This document shows positions 7,715 to 15,879 of a DNA stretch of 16,820 bases, piece after piece. Location: positions 1-16,820 of the forward strand of contig JBDGRE010000035.1 in the NCBI GenBank assembly GCA_042218325.1, given 5' to 3'. The position numbers and the translations under genes are program-made. The notes under the pieces were generated by a model, which saw only the letters and a list, made by a program, of their open reading frames with translations, made no database searches and had not been told where the DNA came from. Numbering within the stretch: position 1 is the first letter of the stretch; the number at the start of each line of letters is the position of its first letter. Origin of the DNA: Candidatus Nanohaloarchaea archaeon. GTDB lineage: Archaea > Nanohalarchaeota > Nanosalinia > Nanosalinales > Nanosalinaceae.

Positions 7715-9028
7715 TCACCCGTCGATGTCGATTGTGCGGCCGTTCTCGCCGATGAAGACGTCCTCTTCCAGCGTGTAGCCCTCATTGCGGGCCAGCTCCA
7801 CGTAACTACCCAGCTTCTGGATGGTTCCGTGGGACGGGACGATGTTGTCAGGGTCCATGTAGCTGATGAAGTCCCTGTGATCCTCCTTGTGCGCGTGTCC
7901 CGTGGTGTGGATATCCATGTACATCCGGACTCCCTTCTGCCTCAGCTTCTTCTCGAGGCTGTAACGGTTGGCCTGTGTCAGCGGCGTCGGGATAGTACGG
8001 GAAGAAAAGATGACGTGGTCTCTCCTGCCGAGGTTGAAAGGATACTCTCCGGATGCGAGCTTGTCCAGCTGCGCCCCGGGCTCACCTTGGTTGCCCGTGG
8101 CGACGATGAGCCAGTCCTCCTTGTTGTTGTCGACCTTGTTCATCAGCTCCTCCACCTCGTTATAGTAGGAGACGACCTCGACGTCGGAAAGGTCGATAAG
8201 GTCGAGCTCTGCCGCGGCCTCCGTGTACTCACGGAGACTTCTACCGACGAACGCAACTTTGCGTCTACCGTCGTTCGCGTCCAGCAGCGAGTTCAGCCGG
8301 GAGATCTGCGAGGAGAACGTCGTGACGACGACTGCGCCTCCTGCCTCGTAGCAGGAGTTCAGCACGTCCCGCAGCTCCACCTCGACAGACTCCTCGGAGC
8401 GCGCCCTTCCAGGCTCGTCGACCCGTGTGGTCCCGGGTATCATCAGCTTGACGCCTTCCTCACCGGCCCGCTTGAGCCTCTCGATGTCAGTCGTTTCCTC
8501 TATGACAGGCGAGTAGTCGATCTTCATGTCGTTGCCGTAGACCACGTTGCCATCGTCCGTTTTCAGGAAGCTGAGCGTCGCCTGCGGGATGGAGTGGTTG
8601 ACGTGCATGAATTCGACGGACATCGAGTCCGTGACCTCATACTCCTCACCTTTCTCTACCGCGATAAGGTCGTTGTCGATGTTCTTCCTGTCGTCCTCGA
8701 GGATGTTCTCCACGACCTTCCTGGTGAAAGGACTGCAGAGGATCGGTGCGTCGTAGGCTCCCGCGAGCTTGGGGATGGCGCCGACGTGGTCGAGGTGACC
8801 GTGCCCGATAACTATAGCTTTTACATCTTTGTCCATGATTTGTTCGTCAAGAGGAATCGCGCCTGTTTCAAGGGCGTCGTTCGTGGTCATCTCGTTGATC
8901 TCTCCTTCTGCGTTGATGACCTCCTCCATCTCGAATCCCATGTCGAATATGACCGTACCTTCATCTACCTCGACCGCGGTCATGTTACGGCCGACCTCTT
9001 CATAACCTCCTAAAGTGTGTACTTTCAT
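7715..9028 (-). CDS. rnj: archaeal ribonuclease J (beta-CASP metallo-beta-lactamase)
   Basis: GGYEEVGRNMT, HGHLDHVGA (HxHxDH), HSIP, TFSSQISR, TGNQGEP, HTTGHA, PSHG. Confidence 0.93.
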   Translation of the reverse strand: MKVHTLGGYEEVGRNMTAVEVDEGTVIFDMGFEMEEVINAEGEINEMTTNDALETGAIPLDEQIMDKDVKAIVIGHGHLDHVGAIPKLAGAYDAPILCSPFTRKVVENILEDDRKNIDNDLIAVEKGEEYEVTDSMSVEFMHVNHSIPQATLSFLKTDDGNVVYGNDMKIDYSPVIEETTDIERLKRAGEEGVKLMIPGTTRVDEPGRARSEESVEVELRDVLNSCYEAGGAVVVTTFSSQISRLNSLLDANDGRRKVAFVGRSLREYTEAAAELDLIDLSDVEVVSYYNEVEELMNKVDNNKEDWLIVATGNQGEPGAQLDKLASGEYPFNLGRRDHVIFSSRTIPTPLTQANRYSLEKKLRQKGVRMYMDIHTTGHAHKEDHRDFISYMDPDNIVPSHGTIQKLGSYVELARNEGYTLEEDVFIGENGRTIDIDG

Positions 9029-9108
9029 TCGTTTATCACGTTGAATATAAACCGGATAGAACCCAAGCTTTTAAAGGGAGGTCGGGGATTCAGGTCAATA
9101 ATTCCGGG

Positions 9109-10581
9109 CTATTTCATGCACATTACTCCGATATCCGCCGTGTCGCTCGTTACACGGGTCGTGGCGGTCTGTACACACATGACATGCCGGTTGTTGTCAG
9201 GCGCGCCGTCAACGCAGTGCGCCATGTTACTACCCGCCATGTCGTAGCTGTAATTTGTTATGCCCTGGAGAGACCTCTTGTAATCCGCGTCACCAAGAGC
9301 GGTTACTGAACAGAACGCGTTAGTGTTTCCTCCCCAGCTAAGTCTTGCGGCTTCTTGAGGAATCGTGATACCCATCTCGAAAAATTCACCTCCCTCGTTA
9401 TGTATACAAGTGTAATTCCCGCCGTTAGTACAGTCCGTATTACCTGCGGACGGCTTAGAAAGACCACCTTCACTTATACCACCTGATGTGTAGTATTTCC
9501 CGGAGTCATCAGGGTCTATCCCTGCCCACGCCATAGGCCGGTCCGAGTTCGCCCAGTCCACGTTCTTGACGCTGTTGCCACTCAAATCAAGGTTTGCATT
9601 TTTTACCGTCACAGGTCCTCCCTCGTTCGCCTGTAGAAGTCTTGGGTTACCTGACCGGGAGCTGTCGTAAATACTTACAGCGCTGGAACCCGAACCCGAA
9701 GTGTAGAGACGCAGATCCCCGCTTCCAGACGTGCCTGCCTGTATAGCGTTGGCGTCAGTTATTGAGTTGCCGTTCATCCGGAGACGGCTGCTCCTCAACT
9801 CCACCGGCCCTCCCCTGTTGACCCTGAAACGCTGGGTCCAGCTCCCGCCTCCACTGTCGGTCCAGACTGCGACGTCACCGGATTCGCTTGTGATAACAGG
9901 GCTGTAAGATGAACCTCTCAGCTCTACCTGGGGTTTATCACCGTGCTCCCCCACCATGATATCCGTAGCAGGACCGCGATAGGCAGAGGTACCAGACTTT
10001 ATGATACCGGTGCTGGAGAGATTCGCGTCAACACCAACATCTCCAGTAGGCCTGAGGACGATGTCCGTAGGCGAACCGGATGACGTTTCAAGATACATCG
10101 TGGAGTAAGACTCGATAGTGTTTGTATCAGTACCTGTAAGCTCGATACCGTTTTCGACCGCCAGAGGGCCGGAAGACTGGACACTAAGTGGCTGGTGCAT
10201 CCTTATCTGGCTTGTCGTGAACTCCGAGATCATCGTACCGGAGCCAGTTTCGGTAACGTTAAGCTCGCCGACTCCTTTTATGGTGTTCCCGTTCATGTTT
10301 ATCCTGCTGTTGCGGAAATCCCACTCGCTGTTCCCGGTATCCCACTCAAGGATATAGACGTTGCCTGGATCCTGGACAGAGGTGCCTCCGAACTGGAGAC
10401 CGTTCTGTAGCCGGAGCTCTGAGACGCTGAAGATATCCTGTCCGGTGACGTTCAGGTCCGCCACCATCTCGTCCATCGGGTGAATCTCCGAGAGATTATG
10501 CGACTGTTCCGGCTGCGCAGCGGCGGTTAGACCCAGGAACAGAAGGATTACTAGAGACGCAGTAAGCTTAGACAGCTTCAC
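9109..10581 (-). CDS. secreted fibre-like surface protein A (490 aa); start corrected to GTG 10581
   Basis: Signal peptide MKLSKLTASLVILLFLGLTAAA-Q; four [LI]-x-[MLV]-x-G-[NQ]-x-[IV] shaft motifs; Cys-rich C-terminal domain; TTTAAA box at 10609-10604. Confidence 0.8.
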   Translation of the reverse strand: MKLSKLTASLVILLFLGLTAAAQPEQSHNLSEIHPMDEMVADLNVTGQDIFSVSELRLQNGLQFGGTSVQDPGNVYILEWDTGNSEWDFRNSRINMNGNTIKGVGELNVTETGSGTMISEFTTSQIRMHQPLSVQSSGPLAVENGIELTGTDTNTIESYSTMYLETSSGSPTDIVLRPTGDVGVDANLSSTGIIKSGTSAYRGPATDIMVGEHGDKPQVELRGSSYSPVITSESGDVAVWTDSGGGSWTQRFRVNRGGPVELRSSRLRMNGNSITDANAIQAGTSGSGDLRLYTSGSGSSAVSIYDSSRSGNPRLLQANEGGPVTVKNANLDLSGNSVKNVDWANSDRPMAWAGIDPDDSGKYYTSGGISEGGLSKPSAGNTDCTNGGNYTCIHNEGGEFFEMGITIPQEAARLSWGGNTNAFCSVTALGDADYKRSLQGITNYSYDMAGSNMAHCVDGAPDNNRHVMCVQTATTRVTSDTADIGVMCMK

Positions 10582-10602
10582 ATCGCAAGTATCTTCTTCT
10601 TT

Positions 10603-10610
10603 GTTTAAAC
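10603..10610 (-). promoter_or_regulatory. TATA box, leaderless transcript of fibre protein A
   Basis: GTTTAAAC 22-29 nt upstream of GTG 10581. Confidence 0.55.
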
Positions 10611-10624
10611 CGTTGCCGGGAGTA

Positions 10625-13600
10625 CTATCCAACGCTGACACCTCCACCGTTCATGACCTGCTTCACCTGGTTCTGGTTCAGAGCGTATGGATAAATCCGT
10701 ATGTCATCTATCTTTCCAGCGTACCAGTCGTTACCGTTGAACTTGTCCATCCCTACTGAGACCTGCTGAATCTGCTGTAGATCGCCGCTCTTGGATTTGC
10801 CCCCCTGCAGTTCGCCATTGACATACGCCTTCATCTCTGCACCATCATAAACTAGGGTCACGTGCTGCCATTCACCTGTTTTCATATCATATCCAGTATC
10901 CCACGTGGCGGTTGAGCCTCCCGAGCTAAGGCGGAAGTGAAGGCTGGAGTCCCTTCCCTTGATATAGCTCATGAAGCCGTCTCCTTTCTCTACGATCCAT
11001 TGGCGGTTATCTCCGCTAATCTGGGACGGCTTCAGCCATGCAGAAACCGTTATCTTTTGGCCGAACGGGCCTTGCAGGGGATTAACGTCCAAGTAATCGT
11101 CATTCCCATCGAACTTCAGAGCCTTGCCATGCCGACCCGAAACCCATCTAGGATCTCCTACCATGTCAGCCTCGTTCCCTTCACCGCTGGAGTCAGTCAG
11201 GTTCATACCTTTGCCTTCTCGGGCGAAGAAGTAGGTGGCCTTGAACTCTACAGTTGATCCGTATCCATGGTCATAACCGCTGCATCTCCAGCATCCTGTA
11301 TCGCCGTTACCGCTCTGCACCCCGAAAGCTGTAGGTATACCGTTCGTCATTATCGTCCGCCATGAGCCTGAAATCGTCTGCGTGCTTCCGCTGTTTCCTC
11401 CACCGCATACGACGTGGCTTGTATCCGATGCCGGGTTGCCCATAGTGGGAAACACATTCACCGAGTTGCCGCTGGGCCCGGAGTTTGCGTAAGGAGTCAC
11501 CGGCTCCCTGCCGCCATCACAGTTGTTGTCCGCATCCTGGAAACGGAAGGAGCTGTTGTAAACTGTACGATTTATCCGTTCGGCAAACTTTTGCACCTGC
11601 CTATCCGAGATGCTGCTGCCTCTCTCGTCCGAAAGATTGAGGTCATAGAGCGCACTGTTCGACCCGTAATGCTCAGCGAAGTCCTGGTCGCAGTCAGGGT
11701 CCAAATCGAGCACCGCGCTCGAAGACCATTTGCCTTTCCACTTTGAGCTTTCACACGCAACAAATCCGAATCCGGTCCTGTGATCCTCGGTGAACCATAA
11801 CTTTGTCCAGCCCCCACCTTGAGTCTTCATATCACAGAAAACTTTGAACGCATCCTGTGGCTCTCCGGAGTAACCCGTAATCCAGTACTTCCCGCTTCCC
11901 GCTCCCGGCCTCAGGTTACTGATTCTTAGGCAAGAAGCCGCAGGGTTCTCCTTTGTTCCCACCTTACCAGCGTCCAGCTTCCAGTGGGCAGCCGGTCCTG
12001 GCATCTCTCCCCGGCCAGGATTTTTAGCCTGAGTATATAGCTCCCATACCTCTGCGCTTGAGAGGGAACGGTTGTAGAGACGGGCTTGATCTATCTTCCC
12101 TCCAAAGAACTCGTTGGGTGCAGGACGCGAACCTATCGTCCACGGAGAACCTGTCGAGGCGGTACCTATGTTCGAGTTAGTTCCCATAAGTTTTCCGTTC
12201 TTGTAGAAACGAGCCTGACCGTTGACTATATCCCACACTACTACTAGATGCTGCCACCGGTTTTTGTCGACAGGAACACCTGTCTGCCAGACGTTAGAGC
12301 TACCTATCCCAATATGGTACTCACCTTCATTTCTCCCGTGCCCCAAGAGCCAGTCCCATCCGCCGTTGTCAGCAGTTCCGATACTCCGTTTGTTCGAATC
12401 GATCTTAGTCGGGTAGACCCAGACAGAGAAGGTCAGCGGGGTGTCGGAGTCCATCTCGGGCCGGAAAGAACTAGAAACGTAGTCATCGGAGGCATCGAAC
12501 TCGAGGCAGCTACCTTTTACACATGAAGCACTCAATCTGGCACGAGGACCGTTCACCAGCTCACCATGGTTTCCTGCTCCGCTCTCATCTACCGCGATCT
12601 CGCCGTTCATGCCGCTCGGACAGCTGATGGTATCGCTCTGGCCGCATGTTTCGACGCGGTCGAGCGACTGGTAGAGGACAAGCTCATTCCGTAAATCGTT
12701 TCCACTGCCGCTGTTAAGCCTGCTGACTCCACGGGCGTACTGTTCTTTGACTTCCTGAGATGAGAGCGCATGCTGGAACAGAGTTACATCGTCTATCTTG
12801 CCGTTAAAGGCGTGGTTGGTGTCTCCGCTCCAGCCGTCGCCGTAAGGATAGAGCGTGCCGACAGTGAAGTCGAGGTTGTCATCGCCGTGGTCGAGCGGCA
12901 CCCATCTATCTATAGAATGGGTCTTGGTTCCTACAAGCTCTCCGTCCAGGTATAGAATTAATTTACCGGAGTCAAGCACGCCGACGGCGTGGTGCCACCC
13001 GCTGGAAACCGGGGAACTCTGTATCGTCTTGGTCGTTTCGTTACCCTGAATTCTCAGCGTGATAGAGTCGTCAGAATTGGAGTCTATTCTATAGTTGTAA
13101 TCTCCCATCCCGTTCCAAGGTTTGGAGACTATGCTGCCGCTGTTGCTGTCATCCCGGCTGTAGAACCAGGCCTCGATTGTCTTCCCGCCGCCGGTGTACT
13201 CCAGTTCTTTCGAGTCTGGTACTTCCACCCTGTCGTCAAGTCCATCAAAGTCCAGCGCGCTACCTCGCGTGCTCTCGGTCCAGTTGGGGCCGTCCACGGC
13301 GTTCGGCTCCAGCCTTCCATCGTTACCGTAGGAAGAAGTATCGTGAGCATAGTCTCCGCCGCTTTCCGAGAACCTCAGGTCAACCGCTGCGCCCTTAGAC
13401 TCCAGGCCCTGAGTCTTCTCGATTATTTCACTTGGTTTCAGAGCGTCCTTGTATATCTTGACCTGATCCAGTTTCATTTCGATGGAACCATAGTTCGGGG
13501 ACTGGCCCAGGTAAAGAGACTGACTGTTTGTACTTAGAGGCCCACAAACAGGCGCTGATGAGTCTAGCTGACCGTTTACGTAAACTTTCAGCTTGTTCGA

Positions 13601-14851
13601 GGCGTTGTTATAGACCCCGGCTAAATGGTACCATTTACCAACATCAAAAGCGGTATTTGTCTTGTCAATTCCGTCATTGTTATTATTGCAATTCCTCACC
13701 CGCCAGTGAATGGTATTTGTTCCATCCCCCTGAAACCAGAGACCCGGCGTTCGGGAACCACCGTCCCCCTTGACGAGCAATTGATCCCAACTGGAGCTAG
13801 ACGGTTCCTTCATCTTCATCCAGAACTGTACAGTGTGGTTATCTGTCAAATCAAGACTCCGGTCATCATCCGCTGTTATCCGACCGCTATCAGCCTTAAA
13901 TTCATAACACCGCCCTACCTTACACCCTAACGCCGACTGCTGGATAGCCCCACTATTAGGCTTTCCATGGTTCTTGTTGCCTGAGGTGTCGAAGACGTGG
14001 GTGCTGTTCTTCTCTGTGAAAGAGACGTCAAGTACTTTGTCCGGACTGGAGGTTCCCTGTCCGTCGCTGATCTTGTAGGAACCCTGATTGTACAAGGATT
14101 TGACCTGTGTTCTATTCAAATCTTCAGAGAATATCTTGACCTGGTCTATCGTTCCGTTGAATTCCGTACCCGACTTTATGCTTCCTGGGTAGGAACTGGA
14201 TTCGGTTCCCGCACCTATGTGCATGTAGCGGGTCGCACCGGAACCGAAGCCGTTAGAGGAGGCACTGGAAGTTACTTCGAGCTCCCCGTTTATGTACAGC
14301 CTGATCTCCCCCGATGGGTCGTAAACACCAACGATATGTCTCCATTCTCCTTTTTCGAGGATTGTAGAAGAGTATATATTACTGCCAGCTGCGGTCCATC
14401 TTATATCGTGGCCTCCATCGTTACCGCCGTTGTCTTCTATCAGGCACCAGTATTCCGAACAGTCGGTAGCGGCCAGTCTCGGCCAGCTGTCCGGAGAGCT
14501 TCCCTGCCTCTTCGCCCAGAGGGAGACAGTAAGACCTTTTGAGTACTCTGAACTTCCGTCATCCTTGTATGGGGTGTCCACCCAGTCTCCATCGGCGTAG
14601 AACCGTAGTGCGCTACCAGTTCTTCCCCGGCTCCATCTAGCTCCGTTCACGATTCCATCTTTAGAGCCTGCTGAATCCGCTACTATGCCTCCCGCGCCCT
14701 CATCGAACCGGTACTCCGCCCCAAGATTGTCGGAGCCGTCCGCGTCCAGGACTTCTGAGGCGCCGATGAAGCCCAAGGAGAGAACCACAAGTGTGACAAG
14801 TGCCGAGGCGAACAGGGTTTTTCTCTCTACGAGGTCTGTTTTGCGGCTCAT
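10625..14851 (-). CDS. large surface protein: N-terminal signal/TM, five LamG (ConA-like) domains, fibrinogen-like domain nested in the fifth
   Basis: Five repeats of [YW]xFD/E...DxSG..NxG...ALxFDG...WxHxxxVY...lYxNG...FxGxIDxVxIY...L; FCDMKTQGGGWT fibrinogen-like motif; hydrophobic N-terminus TLFASALVTLVVLSLGFIGA. Confidence 0.9.
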   Translation of the reverse strand: MSRKTDLVERKTLFASALVTLVVLSLGFIGASEVLDADGSDNLGAEYRFDEGAGGIVADSAGSKDGIVNGARWSRGRTGSALRFYADGDWVDTPYKDDGSSEYSKGLTVSLWAKRQGSSPDSWPRLAATDCSEYWCLIEDNGGNDGGHDIRWTAAGSNIYSSTILEKGEWRHIVGVYDPSGEIRLYINGELEVTSSASSNGFGSGATRYMHIGAGTESSSYPGSIKSGTEFNGTIDQVKIFSEDLNRTQVKSLYNQGSYKISDGQGTSSPDKVLDVSFTEKNSTHVFDTSGNKNHGKPNSGAIQQSALGCKVGRCYEFKADSGRITADDDRSLDLTDNHTVQFWMKMKEPSSSSWDQLLVKGDGGSRTPGLWFQGDGTNTIHWRVRNCNNNNDGIDKTNTAFDVGKWYHLAGVYNNASNKLKVYVNGQLDSSAPVCGPLSTNSQSLYLGQSPNYGSIEMKLDQVKIYKDALKPSEIIEKTQGLESKGAAVDLRFSESGGDYAHDTSSYGNDGRLEPNAVDGPNWTESTRGSALDFDGLDDRVEVPDSKELEYTGGGKTIEAWFYSRDDSNSGSIVSKPWNGMGDYNYRIDSNSDDSITLRIQGNETTKTIQSSPVSSGWHHAVGVLDSGKLILYLDGELVGTKTHSIDRWVPLDHGDDNLDFTVGTLYPYGDGWSGDTNHAFNGKIDDVTLFQHALSSQEVKEQYARGVSRLNSGSGNDLRNELVLYQSLDRVETCGQSDTISCPSGMNGEIAVDESGAGNHGELVNGPRARLSASCVKGSCLEFDASDDYVSSSFRPEMDSDTPLTFSVWVYPTKIDSNKRSIGTADNGGWDWLLGHGRNEGEYHIGIGSSNVWQTGVPVDKNRWQHLVVVWDIVNGQARFYKNGKLMGTNSNIGTASTGSPWTIGSRPAPNEFFGGKIDQARLYNRSLSSAEVWELYTQAKNPGRGEMPGPAAHWKLDAGKVGTKENPAASCLRISNLRPGAGSGKYWITGYSGEPQDAFKVFCDMKTQGGGWTKLWFTEDHRTGFGFVACESSKWKGKWSSSAVLDLDPDCDQDFAEHYGSNSALYDLNLSDERGSSISDRQVQKFAERINRTVYNSSFRFQDADNNCDGGREPVTPYANSGPSGNSVNVFPTMGNPASDTSHVVCGGGNSGSTQTISGSWRTIMTNGIPTAFGVQSGNGDTGCWRCSGYDHGYGSTVEFKATYFFAREGKGMNLTDSSGEGNEADMVGDPRWVSGRHGKALKFDGNDDYLDVNPLQGPFGQKITVSAWLKPSQISGDNRQWIVEKGDGFMSYIKGRDSSLHFRLSSGGSTATWDTGYDMKTGEWQHVTLVYDGAEMKAYVNGELQGGKSKSGDLQQIQQVSVGMDKFNGNDWYAGKIDDIRIYPYALNQNQVKQVMNGGGVSVG

Positions 14852-14944
14852 CTAGTTCACTGCGGGATATAGAAGGTTCTTTCCGTCCACGTTATAGACA
14901 TTCCCGCGGCCGTGTTTAAAGTTGCTTGAAAGCCGCGGTGAAGG

Positions 14945-14950
14945 TTTTAA
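14945..14950 (+). promoter_or_regulatory. TATA box, leaderless transcript
   Basis: TTTTAA at -29 to -24 from ATG 14974. Confidence 0.55.
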
Positions 14951-14973
14951 CCGAGCATCAGGAATACCAAGGT

Positions 14974-15879
14974 ATGTCGCCGAGGAAAATCCTGCTGGCT
15001 GCGCTGGTTCTTATGGTGCCGGCGGTCTCGGGCGCGCCCAGCTTCTCCGTAAAGCAGAGCTGCGATTCGGGCGAGGAGCCGCTGTTCTCGATGTACTCGA
15101 GGAGCGGGGGTAACGTCGCGAAGCCGGGCTACTACAAGTGGCAGGTCTGCGGGGAAGAGGTCGAGAACAGCGCGATAAGGACCAGTTGCAAGGAGGACGA
15201 GCGCAGGGTTATCTCGATGAAGACGAAGACCGATTCGCACGCCTCGGTGTACGACACCTACCACTGGAAGGTCTGCGCGACCGACGTCAACCCCTCCGTG
15301 GCGCAGAGCTGCAGCGAGAACCCTATCGTCTCGCTCTATTCCAAGGACGACTCTCACGCGGCCGAGCCCGGCTACTTCAAATGGCAGGTGTGCCCTCAGA
15401 CCCGGAAACCGCCGGAGAACGTGACGCTGCAGATGAAGATGGACGCGTCGAACGTATATGTCTCGGGCGACCCGGCACAGGAGAAAACCTACAACCCCTT
15501 GGAGCTGGACTACCCCTACATCGCGTCCGACCAGACCACCGGGATAGTCAGCTACGGCTCGCTCGTCAGCCTCGAATACGAGCAGAAGTCACGCGACGTC
15601 TTCCGTGTCACGCAGGACTCCGGCAGCTTCCTCATCCCTAACACCGGCGGCGGTTACCAGGAGATCGAGGACGACCAGGAACAGGTAGTCAACCGGCGTT
15701 TCCTGAACCTGCTTGAGCCCAGCTTCCACTACACCATACCGGAGAAACCTGTCGTCAAGGTCTACATGGACATGGAGGACCCTGTGAAAGGCTTCACCGG
15801 CACCGAAACCGGCAGCATCGAGATAGCGGTCCGCAACACGCTCGACAATGAAACACTGGTGGAGTTCAGGACGGGATAG
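14974..15879 (+). CDS. secreted protein (301 aa) with three Cys-bracketed repeats; start corrected to ATG 14974
   Basis: Signal peptide MSPRKILLAALVLMVPAVSG-A; repeats C..SM/SL....[GS][NH][VA].....Y.W.VC x3. Confidence 0.82.
   Translation: MSPRKILLAALVLMVPAVSGAPSFSVKQSCDSGEEPLFSMYSRSGGNVAKPGYYKWQVCGEEVENSAIRTSCKEDERRVISMKTKTDSHASVYDTYHWKVCATDVNPSVAQSCSENPIVSLYSKDDSHAAEPGYFKWQVCPQTRKPPENVTLQMKMDASNVYVSGDPAQEKTYNPLELDYPYIASDQTTGIVSYGSLVSLEYEQKSRDVFRVTQDSGSFLIPNTGGGYQEIEDDQEQVVNRRFLNLLEPSFHYTIPEKPVVKVYMDMEDPVKGFTGTETGSIEIAVRNTLDNETLVEFRTG
15061..15393 (+). repeat. three intragenic ~30-aa repeats at ~42-aa period
   Basis: CDSGEEPLFSMYSRSGGNVAKPGYYKWQVC (15061-15150); CKEDERRVISMKTKTDSHASVYDTYHWKVC (15187-15276); CSENPIVSLYSKDDSHAAEPGYFKWQVC (15310-15393). 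Confidence 0.85.

Noticed and set aside
7711-7785. ORF-track N-terminal extension of GT2
   Set aside because: Overlaps the rnj 3' end; GT2 domains typically begin at KVSxVIP, and a TTG with SD is present at 7710
7691-9013. 440-aa plus-strand ORF antisense to rnj
   Set aside because: Same antisense shadow effect; fully overlaps a confident gene
10582-10647. ORF-track extension of fibre A
   Set aside because: Would bury the signal peptide and run through the TATA box and the LamG gene stop
11207-11969. Intein as explanation for the insert in LamG5
   Set aside because: No N-terminal C/S splice block, no C-terminal HN, no LAGLIDADG motif; the insert has a fibrinogen-like motif
10937-15641. Numerous 60-180 aa alternative-frame or antisense ORFs over the surface genes
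   Set aside because: Fully nested in better-supported genes, with atypical composition and no motifs
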